Shown here in pieces: positions 20,425 through 31,494 of a stretch of DNA of 64,000 nt. This DNA is from an uncultured delta proteobacterium (GTDB lineage: Bacteria; Myxococcota_A; Polyangia; Palsa-1104). Numbering within the stretch: the stretch's first letter is position 1; each line of letters opens with the position of its first letter. Position numbers and translations under genes: made by a program. Under the pieces are notes generated by a model. It saw only the letters and a program-made list of their open reading frames with translations, did not search any database and had not been told where the DNA came from. The stretch is from contig CAWAWS010000007.1 in NCBI GenBank assembly GCA_963785725.1, forward strand, positions 64,001 through 128,000. The letters are read 5' to 3'.

Positions 20425-21942
20425 GTGATCGACGAAGCCGCTCGCCACGTTCACGTCGCCATCGCCGGCAGCGGCTTCGGCGGCCTCGGCATGGCCATTC
20501 GCATGCTGCAGCGCGGAATGCGCGACTTCCTCGTCTTCGAGCGCGCCCACGAGCTCGGCGGAGTCTGGCGCGACAACTCCTATCCCGGCTGCGCCTGCGA
20601 CGTGCAGTCACACCTCTATTCATTCTCGTTCGCGCCCAACCCCGATTGGAGCCACTCGTACTCGCCGCGCGCGGAGATTCAGGCCTATCTGCGCCGCTGC
20701 GCCGAGCGCTTCGGCGTCACGCCCTACTTGCGCTTCGGCCACGAAATCCTGAGCGCGACGTGGGATGGCGCGCGCAATCGCTGGCAGCTGGAGACGGCGG
20801 GCGGCGCCTACACGGCCGACGTCTTCATCGGCGCCATGGGCGCGCTCAGCGCGCCGAAGCTGCCGCACATTCCCGGGCTCGACGGCTTCGGCGGCCGCGT
20901 CTTCCATTCGGCGCGCTGGGATCACGACTTCGCGCTCGCCGGCCGCACGGTCGCCGTCATCGGCACGGGCGCGTCGGCGATCCAGTTCGTGCCGCAGATT
21001 CAGCCAGCGGTGAAGCGGCTGCACCTCTTTCAGCGGACGCCGCCGTGGATCGTGCCGCGCAACGACGTCGCCTTCAGCGCGCGGCAAAAGTGGCTGCTCG
21101 GCCGCTCGCCGCTGCTGCAGAAGCTGACGCGCGCCTCGATCTATGCGCGCCGCGAGCTGTTGGCGCTGTCGTTCCTGCATCCGCGGCTGGCGCCGCTGGC
21201 GGAGAAGCTCGGTCACGCGCAGCTGAAGCAGCAAATCGCCGACCCGGCATTGCGCGCGCGACTGACGCCGCGCTATCGGCTCGGCTGCAAGCGCGTCCTC
21301 GTGTCCGACGATTATCTGCCGGCGCTGACGCAGCCCAACGTCGAGGTCGTGACCGACGCCATCACGGCGGTGACGCCGCGCGCCGTCGTCACCGCCGACG
21401 GCCGCGAGCGCGCCGTCGACGCCATCATCTGCGGCACCGGCTTCCACGTGACCGACATGCCGTTCGCCGCGCGCATCCGCGGACGCGACGGCCGCACGCT
21501 GGAGGCGACGTGGAACGGCAGCCCCAAAGCGCACTTGGGATTGTCGGTGCACGGCTTCCCCAACTTGTTCTTGCTGCTCGGCCCCAACACCGGCCTCGGC
21601 CACTCGTCGGTCGTGCTCATGATCGAGAGCCAGATCGAGCATGTGCTCGGCGCGCTGCGGGCGATCGCGCGCGACCGCGTCGCGCTCGAGCCGACCGCCG
21701 CCGCGCAGGCTGCGTTCGTCGCCGACGTCGATGCGCGCATGCGCAACACCGTGTGGTCGACCGGCGGCTGCTCGAGCTGGTACCTCGATCGCACCGGCCG
21801 CAACTCGACGCTGTGGCCGAGCTACACGTTCTCCTTCCGGCGCCGCGTCGCGCGCTTCGACGCGCGTGAATATCGAGCGGTGGCGGCGTCTTCCGCGGCC
21901 TCGGCGGCGCCAGTCGAAGCCGCGTCTGTCGCAGCGCGTTGA
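20425..21942 (+). CDS. Flavin-containing monooxygenase (Baeyer-Villiger type)
   Basis: AAGGAG RBS, GSGFGG, GGVWRDNSYPGCACD, FGGRVFHSARWDH fingerprint, GTGASAIQ. Confidence 0.92.
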   Translation: MIDEAARHVHVAIAGSGFGGLGMAIRMLQRGMRDFLVFERAHELGGVWRDNSYPGCACDVQSHLYSFSFAPNPDWSHSYSPRAEIQAYLRRCAERFGVTPYLRFGHEILSATWDGARNRWQLETAGGAYTADVFIGAMGALSAPKLPHIPGLDGFGGRVFHSARWDHDFALAGRTVAVIGTGASAIQFVPQIQPAVKRLHLFQRTPPWIVPRNDVAFSARQKWLLGRSPLLQKLTRASIYARRELLALSFLHPRLAPLAEKLGHAQLKQQIADPALRARLTPRYRLGCKRVLVSDDYLPALTQPNVEVVTDAITAVTPRAVVTADGRERAVDAIICGTGFHVTDMPFAARIRGRDGRTLEATWNGSPKAHLGLSVHGFPNLFLLLGPNTGLGHSSVVLMIESQIEHVLGALRAIARDRVALEPTAAAQAAFVADVDARMRNTVWSTGGCSSWYLDRTGRNSTLWPSYTFSFRRRVARFDAREYRAVAASSAASAAPVEAASVAAR

Positions 21943-22000
21943 CCGCGATCCGCCGCCGCGGATGACTATATTTCGCGACTCGTCTACGCTGCTGGCGACG

Positions 22001-23068
22001 ATGCTTGGTCGCAGCTTCGCGCCTCGTCGACTGCTGTTGCTCGGCTGGCTCGCGCTCGGCGCGTGCGGCGGCAAGTCGCCGTCGTCGTCGCGCGCCGACA
22101 TGGCCGCGCCGCCGCCGCCGCCGACCGACGTGCCGATGACCGTCGGGCAATACAACGCCACGCTGCGCTTCACCGTCGCGGTGCAGGTCGGCGACGCGCC
22201 GCCCTTCGACGCGCTGCTCGACACCGGCTCGGCCGGCCTGCGCATTCTGCCCGGCGCCGTCCCCGACTCCGCGTTCACGCAGATCCTCAGCCAAGAGGTC
22301 GAAGAGACCTACGGCGGCTCGCTCAGCGTCACCGGCCGCATCGCGCTCGCCACCGTCGGCATCGGCGGCCTGACGACGCCGGACGCCATTCCGGTCGAGC
22401 ACATCGACACCTTCGGCTGCGCGTCGACCGACCCGACCTGCTCCGTCGCCGACGAGGTCATGAGCCACTTCAGCGGCTTCGTCGCCATCCTCGGCGTCGG
22501 CATGCGCAACTCGGCGCGCGCGCCCGTCATCGGCAATCCCATCGTGCAGCTCGCCGGGCAGCCGTCGTTCGTCGTGCAAGCGCCGCCGTTTCCGGGCGGG
22601 ATGGGGACGCTGCGCATCTCACCGGCCGCGTCGGAGGTGAGCGCGTTCACGCCGTTTCAGCTGGCGCCCGACACGCTCGAGCTCTATCTGCCCAATCAGA
22701 CGCCGGCCTGGAACGACGAGCAGATCCCGACCTGTGTCGACGACAAGACCAACGGAATGCAATATTGCGGCGGCGGCTTTTACGACACCGGCACGCCGTT
22801 TACGATCGTCGCGCTGCCGGGCCAAGCGACCAAGCTGGCGCTGCCGACGAATGAAGACGTCGATATCGCCATTGGCGCGACCTTGACGATGCCGGCGCCG
22901 CTCGACTACGAGTTCACGGTCAGCGCTATGCCGTTACAAGGGCGAGACTTGGTCTATCTCGAGCCGACGACCGGTGTCGAAGCGCTCAACTTGGGAAATG
23001 CGCCCTATTTCTTTTTCGATATGTATTACGACCAAGTCAAAGGCGTCATCGGATTCAAATCGAAATGA
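22001..23068 (+). CDS. Pepsin-like aspartic protease-fold lipoprotein (DUF3443-like)
   Basis: Lipobox LGAC, two DTG motifs (LLDTGSAGL, FYDTGTP), and a C-terminal LG..F..Y.YD...IGF typical of the pepsin fold. Confidence 0.7.
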   Translation: MLGRSFAPRRLLLLGWLALGACGGKSPSSSRADMAAPPPPPTDVPMTVGQYNATLRFTVAVQVGDAPPFDALLDTGSAGLRILPGAVPDSAFTQILSQEVEETYGGSLSVTGRIALATVGIGGLTTPDAIPVEHIDTFGCASTDPTCSVADEVMSHFSGFVAILGVGMRNSARAPVIGNPIVQLAGQPSFVVQAPPFPGGMGTLRISPAASEVSAFTPFQLAPDTLELYLPNQTPAWNDEQIPTCVDDKTNGMQYCGGGFYDTGTPFTIVALPGQATKLALPTNEDVDIAIGATLTMPAPLDYEFTVSAMPLQGRDLVYLEPTTGVEALNLGNAPYFFFDMYYDQVKGVIGFKSK

Positions 23069-23071
23069 CAA

Positions 23072-24536
23072 TCACCACGGAATCGATTTGTAATCCTTTA
23101 GGAACAATCCCCACGGATGGTCGCCCGTCTGATATCCGACCATGATCGGATCGAGCACGCGCGCCGCGCCGTCGATGGCGTCGAGCGGCGGATGGAAGTC
23201 GTGCTCGACCTGCTTGCGCGCCACGTGCTGCAGCGGATCTTCGTCGGTGATCCAGCCGGTATCGACCGAATTCATGAAGATACCGTCGCGCATATAATCG
23301 ATCGCCGACGTTCGCGTCAGCATATTCAACGCCGCTTTCGCCATATTCGTATGCGGGTGCTTATCGGTCTTCTTGTTACGCGCGAACTGCGCCTCCATCG
23401 CCGACACATTGACGATGTGCTTATCGCGATCACTCCGCCGACTCATCAAATTGCGCAGTCGACTAATCAAGAGGAATGGCGCCACTGAATTGACCAGATG
23501 AACTTCCAACAGCTCGACGGTCGACACTTGATCGGCCGTCATGCGCCAGCTGTTCATCGTGCCGTAAGTCGGCCTGCTGATCGTCGAGATCGCGCAGCTC
23601 CGGCGGGAACGCTTCGATCTCGCGCACGTCCTCTTCGGTCAGCGCCAGCTGCGACAGCCGCGCCGGCGTCACGTCCTGCGCCGCGAAGCGCACCATCCCG
23701 GTCTCGCTCGCCGTGCCCGCCAAGAGCGCGCGCGCCCCGTCCGACAGCGCGCTCTGCAGCCGCTCCTCGCGCTCGACGAGCGTGCGATAAAACGCCGGCG
23801 GCCGCCGCACCGTCTGCGCCGCGTTGTTCACCAGCAGATCGAGCGACGGCAGCGTCTTCTCCAGATGCTCGGCCAGCTTCTCCACCGTCGGCACGTGGCG
23901 CAGGTCGATGCCGTGCAGATGCAGCCGCCCGCTCCACGCCGCGAAATCGGGCTCGCGCGCGAAGCGCTCGGCGGCGTCGACGGGAAAGCGCGTCGTGGCG
24001 TGCACCTCGGCGCCGGCGCGCAGGAGAATCAGCGCCGCCTGATAGCCGATCTTGATGCGCGCGCCGGTGACGAGCGCGATGCGCCCGCGCAGATCGGCCG
24101 TCTGATGCCGCTTCTGCCAGTTGAGCGCCGCGCAGCCCGGGCACATCTGATCGTAGAAGTGGTGGACCTGGCGAAACTCGTCTTTGCAGACGTAGCAGTT
24201 GCGCGACTTCTTCAGCTCCTCGACGATCGGCGCGGGCACGACGTCGGCCGTCGTCGGCGCGGTCGACGCCGGCAGCACGTAATGCGACGAGCGCCGCGCC
24301 AGCCGATTGACCGCGCGCGCCACCAGCTGCGCGTCGTGGCTCTTCTGCTCGGCGCGGTTCTTCTTGCGAAATGCGCGCTGCGCCTGGCGCTGCTCGTGCC
24401 GCGTCGGCCGCGAGACTTGGCCGGCGTCGCGCAGGAGCTGCTGGCGGGTCTCCTCGTCCATCTCGGTCATGAGCGCGCGATCTTCGGCTAACGCGCGTAA
24501 AACTCGCAGGCAGGCGTCGACGTCGTCCTTCTTCAC
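23072..24536 (-). CDS. Extended SDR oxidoreductase with N-terminal CxxC..CxxC, frameshift near 23561
   Basis: CYVCK...[45 protein letters not shown]. Confidence 0.85.
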
Positions 24537-24831
24537 GGCGGCGAAGGATAGTCGAAAGAGCCTGCTTCAGCGAGCCGATTCACGCGATCGCCCGCGCCAA
24601 GTGCTTGTCGCGCTAAGCGTTCCGCCGACGCGCCGGCGCGCAGCGACGGCGATTGGCCCACCGCCTGCGTGATGCACCTTTTGCGCATGTTGCCCGCATG
24701 AGACGGCGGACACGCACTTTGCATCGCGTTTTGCCGAGTCATTCGCAGCATCCGCGTGTCAGGATGATCCGTACGCTCCATTGGTTGTGTGTCGCAGTTT
24801 TCCGTAACCGGGGGAGAGATCGAGCTCCGCG

Positions 24832-25914
24832 ATGAAGTGGCCAGCACTGACGGGCGATCAATACCGCCTCGTAGCTCAGCATTCGCCGATGATGATCTGG
24901 CGCGCCGGCCTCGACGCCCAGCGCGACTACTGCAACGACACCTGGCTCGAATTCAGCGGCCGGACGCTGGCGCAAGAGGCGGGCGAAGGCTGGATCGAGA
25001 GCGTGCACGCCGACGATCGCGACAAGTGTCTGGCGATCTATCGCGATCATTTCGCGCGCCGCCGGCCGTTCGAGCTCGAGTATCGGCTGCGCCGTCACGA
25101 CGGCCACTATCGCTACATCCTCGATCGCGGCGTGCCTTACGAAGGTGACGACGGCGGGCAGCTGGCGGGCTTCGTCGGCAGCTGCATCGACGTTCACGAG
25201 CGGCGCGAGCTCGACCGCCAGCGCGCGCAGTTTCACGCGCTCATCGCCCACGAGCTGCGCACGCCGCTGACCTCGATGGCGACGATCGTCGAGACCATTC
25301 GGCGTAAAGGCATCAAGGGGCAGCCGGTCGGCGACGAGATGTACTTGCGCTTCAACGCCCAAGTCGACCGGCTGGCGGCGCTCATCGAAGACTTGTCGGA
25401 GGTGGCGACGCTCGAGGAGGGGCGCGCGCTGCCGGTGCAGAAGACGCGCGTCGACTTGGCGGCGATCGTGCGCGACGTCGTCGTCGTCTATCGCGACGCG
25501 GCGCAGGCGCGCTCGGCGGAGCGGCGGCCGACGTTCACCGTCGACGCCGTCGACGACGGCTGCTTCGTCGCCGGCGACCGCCGCCGGCTCGAGCAGGTCC
25601 TCGGCAATCTGCTCGACAACGCCATGAAGTATTCGCCGCACGGCGGGGAGATCACGGTCACGCTCGCGGTCGCCGACGGGCGCGCGCGGCTGGTCGTCGG
25701 CGATCGCGGCATCGGCATTCCCGCGGCCGAGCTCACCGTCGTCGGGCGCCGCTATTATCGCGCGACCAACGCCGCCATGACGAGCTATCCCGGCCTCGGG
25801 CTCGGCCTGTCGCTGTGCAAGGAGCTGGTCGAGCGCCACGACGGACAGCTCACCGTCACGAGCGCGCTCGGCCAAGGCACGACCGTCGCCATCGAGTTGC
25901 CGACGATCGCGTAA
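24832..25914 (+). CDS. PAS-domain sensor histidine kinase
   Basis: PAS/PAC (VHADD, EYRLRRHDGHYR), AHELRTPL H-box, NLLDNAMKY, DRGIGI, GLGLGL. Confidence 0.92.
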   Translation: MKWPALTGDQYRLVAQHSPMMIWRAGLDAQRDYCNDTWLEFSGRTLAQEAGEGWIESVHADDRDKCLAIYRDHFARRRPFELEYRLRRHDGHYRYILDRGVPYEGDDGGQLAGFVGSCIDVHERRELDRQRAQFHALIAHELRTPLTSMATIVETIRRKGIKGQPVGDEMYLRFNAQVDRLAALIEDLSEVATLEEGRALPVQKTRVDLAAIVRDVVVVYRDAAQARSAERRPTFTVDAVDDGCFVAGDRRRLEQVLGNLLDNAMKYSPHGGEITVTLAVADGRARLVVGDRGIGIPAAELTVVGRRYYRATNAAMTSYPGLGLGLSLCKELVERHDGQLTVTSALGQGTTVAIELPTIA

Positions 25915-25934
25915 TCGCTACAGCGCCGCCGGGT

Positions 25935-26648
25935 TCACGCCTGCAGCTCGGCGACCAAGAGATCGCGCGGCTCGGGCGGCACGAACACATACGGCGGCTG
26001 CTCCTCGACGAGGTTCAACGCCTGGGCGAGCAGCTCGGCCAGCTTGTCCGCCGCCGCCGCCGGCAGCCGAATCGCGCCGCCGCCGCTCTCGTCGACCATG
26101 TCGTCCTCGAAGCGCAGCGTCACGCCGTCGTCCGCCGGCAGCACGTGCAGAAACGGCCGCTGATTCGGGCCCGCTTCCGTCAGCATGCCCGCGCGCCGCT
26201 CGGCCACCAGCGCGCGCAACAGCTTGGCCTCGTCGTCGAGCAGCCACCACGTGTCGCCCATGCGCTCGAGCGACTCGCCGTAACGCAAGACGATGCGCGG
26301 GTTCGACAGCTCGATGACCGCCGTCTCCACCGACACGTCGAGATAGAGCGCGCCGCTCGCCGGCTCCGCCGCCGCGCCTTCGACGAGCCCCAAGTAGCGC
26401 TCGGGCACGAGCCGCGGCGGCTTGTCGCGCATGGCCGCCAGACCGCGGCGCAACAGCGTCGCCAGCTCGCCCGCGCGCTCGTGATCCCAGACGCGCTCGG
26501 CCATCTCCAGCCAATCGGCCGCGCCTTCGACTTCGGCGGCCGTCAACGCCATCACGTAGTCGTCGAACGACACGTGCAGCCGCGCCTGCGGCACGATCTC
26601 GTCGTCGTTGGCCCACAACACCGTTGGAATCTTCACGCGATAGAGCAT
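25935..26648 (-). CDS. Hypothetical protein
   Basis: AGAGAGGG RBS-like sequence upstream and good codon usage. No family recognised. Confidence 0.65.
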   Translation of the reverse strand: MLYRVKIPTVLWANDDEIVPQARLHVSFDDYVMALTAAEVEGAADWLEMAERVWDHERAGELATLLRRGLAAMRDKPPRLVPERYLGLVEGAAAEPASGALYLDVSVETAVIELSNPRIVLRYGESLERMGDTWWLLDDEAKLLRALVAERRAGMLTEAGPNQRPFLHVLPADDGVTLRFEDDMVDESGGGAIRLPAAAADKLAELLAQALNLVEEQPPYVFVPPEPRDLLVAELQA

Positions 26649-26839
26649 TGGCCGCCCTCTCTATCACGATCTGGGCACGCCTTCGCCACGCGCTGGAAAC
26701 GTCGCCGGCGACTCGCCACTCCAGCCCGCGTCCGCGACGCCGCATTCGTCCCGCGCGCGCGACAAAGCGGGGGCCGAGCCTCCCAGTCGCCGCGTTTCGG
26801 GCTCGTGACGCGCCTTACTCCCGCAGTGCAATCGGCAGG

Positions 26840-26855
26840 TGGCACAACGCGTGCT
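26840..26855 (+). promoter_or_regulatory. sigma54 promoter
   Basis: TGGCACAACGCGTGCT (GG-N10-GC), upstream of the GH55 RBS. Confidence 0.65.
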
Positions 26856-26886
26856 CTAGCGGCTGTTCGTGCAATCAGGAGGTTCG

Positions 26887-28836
26887 ATGCGTTCGCGTGG
26901 GCTCATGTTCGGCGCAGTTCTCGTTTCCTTCACCGCTGCCTGCACCGCCGGAAAGATCGGCACCAAGAGCGGCGGTGACTTCAATGGCGCCAACGGCGAC
27001 ATGGGCTCGCAGAGCAATGGTGGCGGCGGCGGCGGATCGGGCTCGGGCGGCGGCTCATCGACTGGTGCGAACGGCGGCGGCAGCGGCAACGGCGGCAACG
27101 GCGGCGGCACCGTCGCGACCGGCGCCGGCCCGACGGCGAATTGCCCGCCGAGCTGGACGACGACGCCGGCCTGCGGCGGCAGCACCAACACGGCCACGCC
27201 CGATTTCGGACCGAACGTCAAAATGTTCGACCCCTCGATGAGCGGCAGCGCCATCCAAGCGGTCACCGACGGCATCTACGCGCAGCAAGACGCCAACCAG
27301 TTCGGCACGCCGCGCTACGCCTACTTCTTCAAGCCCGGCACCTACGGCACGATGGACGTCAAAGTCGGCTTCTACACGCAGGTGCTCGGTCTCGGTCACG
27401 GCCCCGACGACGTCGTCATCAACGGCAACGTGCGCGTCAAAGGCGACTGGATGCCGGGCAACAACTCGACCTGCAACTTCTGGCGCGGCGCCGAGAACCT
27501 CAGCATGACGCCGACGCCGGCCATCGACGACGACGACGACATCTGGGCGGTGTCGCAAGGCGCGCAGCTGCGGCGCGTGCACGTGCTCGGCAACCTGGCG
27601 CTGCACGACTACGGCGGCTGGTCGTCGGGCGGCTTCATGGCCGACTCGCTCGTCGACGGGCAGCTCATCTCGGGCTCGCAGCAGCAGTTCATCACGCGCA
27701 ACAACCAGCAGAACTGGACCGGCGGCGTGTGGAACATGGTCTTCGTCGGCAACATGACCGCGCCGGCGCCGAGCTGGCCGGCGCCGCCGTACACCATCAC
27801 GGCCATGACGCCCAAAGTGCGCGAGAAGCCGTTCCTGTTCATGGATTCGTCCGGCAATTACCTCGTCATGGTGCCGAATCTCAAATCGAACGTGAGCGGG
27901 CGCAGCTGGACGACGGCGGATGCGCCGGGCGTCGCGCTGTCGATCGGCCTCTTCTACGTCGCGCAGCCGACCGACACGGCGACGACGCTGAACGCCGCGC
28001 TCGCCGCCGGCAAGCACATCCTGTTCACGCCTGGGATTTACCACCTCGGCGCCGCCCTGCACGTCACGCAGCCGGGCACGATCTTGCTCGGCCTCGGCAT
28101 CGCCACGCTCATCAACGACAACGCGACGCCGATCTTGACCGTCGACGACGTCGACAACGTCACGCTGGCCGGCTTCCTCATGGAGGCGGGGCCGAACAGC
28201 GCGACGACGCTCTTGCAGCTCGGCGCCGCCGGCGCGAGCCGCGCGCACACGACCTTCCCGACGCTCGTGGCCGACGTGCATTGCCGCGTCGGCGGCGCCG
28301 ATCCGGGCACGGTGCAGAGCTGCGTCATCGTCAACTCGAGCGACGTCATCCTCGACAACGTGTGGCTGTGGCGGGCCGATCACGGCGCCGGCGCCGGCTG
28401 GACCTCGAACGTCGCCACCAACGGCATCATCGTCAACGGCGACAACGTCACGGCTTACGGCCTCTTCGTCGAGCACTTCCAGCAGTACCAGACGCTGTGG
28501 AACGGCAACGGCGGCACCACCTACTTCTATCAATCGGAGATGCCCTACGATCCGCCGAATCAGGCGGCGTGGATGGCGGCGCCGGGACACAACGGCTATC
28601 CGTCGTACAAAGTGGCCGACAGCGTCACGTCGCATCATGCCGAGGGGCTCGGCGTCTACAGCGTGTTCACGCTCGCGGGCATCGCCGCCGAGAACGCCAT
28701 CGAGACGCCGACGTCGAGCGGCATCGTCATGACCCACATGGTCACCGCCAACCTCGCGCAAGGCTCGGTCACGCACATCATCAACGACACCGGCGCGCAG
28801 GTCGACACGACGACGATGACGTCCTACTCGCCCTGA
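26887..28836 (+). CDS. Secreted GH55-type beta-1,3-glucanase lipoprotein
   Basis: AGGAGG RBS, TAAC lipobox, Gly linker, PDFGPNV, NFWRGAENL, WAVSQ, SQQQF, WLWRADHG, GLFVEHFQ, FYQSEMPYD. Confidence 0.8.
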   Translation: MRSRGLMFGAVLVSFTAACTAGKIGTKSGGDFNGANGDMGSQSNGGGGGGSGSGGGSSTGANGGGSGNGGNGGGTVATGAGPTANCPPSWTTTPACGGSTNTATPDFGPNVKMFDPSMSGSAIQAVTDGIYAQQDANQFGTPRYAYFFKPGTYGTMDVKVGFYTQVLGLGHGPDDVVINGNVRVKGDWMPGNNSTCNFWRGAENLSMTPTPAIDDDDDIWAVSQGAQLRRVHVLGNLALHDYGGWSSGGFMADSLVDGQLISGSQQQFITRNNQQNWTGGVWNMVFVGNMTAPAPSWPAPPYTITAMTPKVREKPFLFMDSSGNYLVMVPNLKSNVSGRSWTTADAPGVALSIGLFYVAQPTDTATTLNAALAAGKHILFTPGIYHLGAALHVTQPGTILLGLGIATLINDNATPILTVDDVDNVTLAGFLMEAGPNSATTLLQLGAAGASRAHTTFPTLVADVHCRVGGADPGTVQSCVIVNSSDVILDNVWLWRADHGAGAGWTSNVATNGIIVNGDNVTAYGLFVEHFQQYQTLWNGNGGTTYFYQSEMPYDPPNQAAWMAAPGHNGYPSYKVADSVTSHHAEGLGVYSVFTLAGIAAENAIETPTSSGIVMTHMVTANLAQGSVTHIINDTGAQVDTTTMTSYSP

Positions 28837-29189
28837 CGATTCCGCCGGCGCGAGTTTCCTCAGTGGGCGCGATTTGCCGTCGCACTTTTTCCCTGGGACT
28901 TTTCACCGCAGTTTTGGGCGCGCTCGCGCATCGCGATCGGCAAACTGACAGCTCGCCGTCGGCCTCATTGGCGTGCCGCGCCGCAGTCCGAGCGACGCAG
29001 GCCCGAAAATAGTCGAGCGCACCGCGTAACGAAACCGCCGTGACGCGATCGGAGCGGGCGCGCTGCGGCCGCGATCACCTGCGCGGCGCCGGGGACTCGA
29101 GCCCCGACGTCGCCATTCGCCACGGCGCCTCGACTCCCCGCTGCGCGACAATCCCCCGGAATCGCCGCAGTTCGCGCGTCCGCGGCGGT

Positions 29190-29205
29190 TGGCGAGCGCC
29201 TTGCT
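29190..29205 (+). promoter_or_regulatory. sigma54 promoter
   Basis: TGGCGAGCGCCTTGCT (GG-N10-GC), ending 13 nt upstream of ATG 29219. Confidence 0.6.
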
Positions 29206-29218
29206 CTAGGCTGGCCGC

Positions 29219-30736
29219 ATGTCGCTTGGGCAGCCGAAGAAGCAGGTCACGCAATCTCGCGAGCGCCGTCAGGTCGCGCGGCTGGGCGCGGTCGCGCTGG
29301 CGGTCGTCGCGGTGGTTTCAGGGCCGTCGCGCGCGGAAGAGGCGGACGCGCACGATCCGATCGCGCACTTGAACGAGTATGCGCACGAGCAGGTGTGCAG
29401 CCGCGCCCATCATCCCAACGCGCGCTTCTTGTGCAAGGCGCTGCGGCTCGTCAATCCCGACGGCACGCACACCATCGCACCGCGCGCCACGCCGCAAGGT
29501 TACGGCCCGGCCGATCTGCAGTCGGCCTACGCGCTCGATCCGTCGCTCGGCGACGGCATGACCGTCGCCATCGTCGACGCCTTCGGCTACAGCAAAGCCG
29601 AGGCAGACCTGGCGATGTATCGCAGCACCTTCGGCCTGCCCGCGTGCACGAGCGCCAGCGGCTGCTTCAAAGTCGTTGGCCAAGACGGCGGCACGCCGCC
29701 CGCCGATCCGACGAGCAGCAAGGACGCCGAGTGGAACGGCGAGGCCGCCCTCGACGTCGACATGGTCTCGGCCGCGTGCCCGAAGTGCAAGATCATCCTC
29801 GTCCTCGTCAACAACGATCAGGACGACGGCTTGATGCTCGGCCAGCAGACCGCCGCCACGCTCGGCGCCGACGTCATCAGCAACAGCTGGGGTGGTCCCG
29901 ACACCAATCCCGCCTCCGAGGAGCACTATTTTCAGACGACGCCGCCGGTCGGCATCTTCGTCGCGTCCGGCGATGAGGGCTACGACAACCAGGACTCGAG
30001 CCCGTCGGGACCGGACTATCCGAGCACGTCGAGCTTCGCCATCGGTGTCGGCGGCACGGCGCTCACGCGCGCCGCCGGCACGACGCGCGGCTGGAGCGAG
30101 CTGCCGTGGGGCGAAGACTCGGGGCGCGGCGCGGCCGGCAGCTCCTGCTCGGCGCAGATCCCGAAGCCGTCGTACCAAGCCAGCGTCATCCCCGACAGCG
30201 TCTGCCAGTTCCGCGCGGCGTCGGACACGTCGGCCGTCGCCAGCCTCTCCACCGGCGTCGCGGTCTACCAAGGCGGCTGGTCCGTCGCCGGCGGCACCAG
30301 CGTCGCGTCGCCGTTGGTGGCGTCGATCTTCGCGGCCAATGGACAGGCGCTGGCCGGGCCGTCGTTCCCGTATCTGCATACGGCCGCGTTCAACGACGTC
30401 ACCGGCGGCACGACGGCCAACTCCAACGACTCGAGCGGCCAGTGCGGCGCGCCTTTGTGCATCGCGGGCACGGGCTGGGATGGTCAGACCGGCATCGGCA
30501 CGCCCATCGGCTCGGCGCTGCACCTGCTCGCCGATCCGCCGGACATGGCGCAGCCGCTCGATCTGGCGACGCCGCCCGAGCACGGCGGCAAAGTCGGCGA
30601 CGGCGGCATCGCCAGCAGCCACGACGACGGCTGCGGCTGCACGCTCGGCGGCGCGCCCACGGCCAACGGCGCCCTCGCCTTGCCGCTCGCGCTGGCCCTG
30701 CTCGGCCTGACGATTTACCGTCGCCGCCGCGGCTGA
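29219..30736 (+). CDS. S53/S8-like serine peptidase with MYXO-CTERM-type tail
   Basis: GYGPADLQSAY, EAALDVD, SNSWG, ASGD, GGTSVASP, GWDGQTGIGTP. C-terminal GCGC + TM + RRRR. Confidence 0.88.
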   Translation: MSLGQPKKQVTQSRERRQVARLGAVALAVVAVVSGPSRAEEADAHDPIAHLNEYAHEQVCSRAHHPNARFLCKALRLVNPDGTHTIAPRATPQGYGPADLQSAYALDPSLGDGMTVAIVDAFGYSKAEADLAMYRSTFGLPACTSASGCFKVVGQDGGTPPADPTSSKDAEWNGEAALDVDMVSAACPKCKIILVLVNNDQDDGLMLGQQTAATLGADVISNSWGGPDTNPASEEHYFQTTPPVGIFVASGDEGYDNQDSSPSGPDYPSTSSFAIGVGGTALTRAAGTTRGWSELPWGEDSGRGAAGSSCSAQIPKPSYQASVIPDSVCQFRAASDTSAVASLSTGVAVYQGGWSVAGGTSVASPLVASIFAANGQALAGPSFPYLHTAAFNDVTGGTTANSNDSSGQCGAPLCIAGTGWDGQTGIGTPIGSALHLLADPPDMAQPLDLATPPEHGGKVGDGGIASSHDDGCGCTLGGAPTANGALALPLALALLGLTIYRRRRG

Positions 30737-30885
30737 ACGTCGAGCGGCGCTAAAACAGTGTCGCGTGGCTGTTGATCTATCGCGAGATCCAGCGTCCGGC
30801 GCTGCTCACATACCAAAACGTCTGCTGCCCCGGCTCCTCGTTCCGTCCTTGTCTCTCGCTTGTCTCTCAACCCACGCGACACTGT

Positions 30886-31494
30886 TTAACGATCGAAGCG
30901 GTACATGGCGTCGCTGCGCAGGACGTATTTGGTGCCGGCGGTGACGGGACAGCCTTCGTGCAACATGGCGTGCTCGAAGACCAGCAGCGAGCCCTTCTCG
31001 GGCGTAATCGTCACTTCGTAGTCGATCAAGCGCGTCTCGCCACCGACGAAGCCGTCACTCAGGTAAAAGAGCGCCGTCAGGAGGCTGCCTTCGCGGCCGC
31101 TCGGCGTGTCGGGGCGAAAGTAGGCGCCGTCGAAGTGGGGCGCGAAGCGCTGGCCGCCGCGATAGCGATAGCCGCGAAAGCGCTCGTTGTAGCCGACGAG
31201 CGCGCCGCCGGCGAGCCGCTCGGGCAAGGCGTCGCGGCTGCGCGCGAAGAGGTCGGCCGCCAGCGACTCGTCGTCGAAGAGGACGCGCTCGTTGTCGCGC
31301 ATGCGCGTGTTTACGACCGGCTCGCCGTCGACCAGAATCGGCGCCAGCGCCGGCCCTTCGGCTTCGATGCGCGCAACGAGGCGCTCGCAGACGTCGTCCG
31401 ACAGCGCCTTGGCCACGACGGCCACGTACGGCACGCGCACGTTACGCAGATAGGGCGACTCGCGCAGCGGATGACGAATCGTTCGCAGGCTCAT
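30886..31494 (-). CDS. 2OG-Fe(II) oxygenase (prolyl-hydroxylase-like)
   Basis: FAPHFDG (HxD), LFYLSDGFVGGET, LHEGCPV, KYVLRSD. Confidence 0.88.
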   Translation of the reverse strand: MSLRTIRHPLRESPYLRNVRVPYVAVVAKALSDDVCERLVARIEAEGPALAPILVDGEPVVNTRMRDNERVLFDDESLAADLFARSRDALPERLAGGALVGYNERFRGYRYRGGQRFAPHFDGAYFRPDTPSGREGSLLTALFYLSDGFVGGETRLIDYEVTITPEKGSLLVFEHAMLHEGCPVTAGTKYVLRSDAMYRFDR

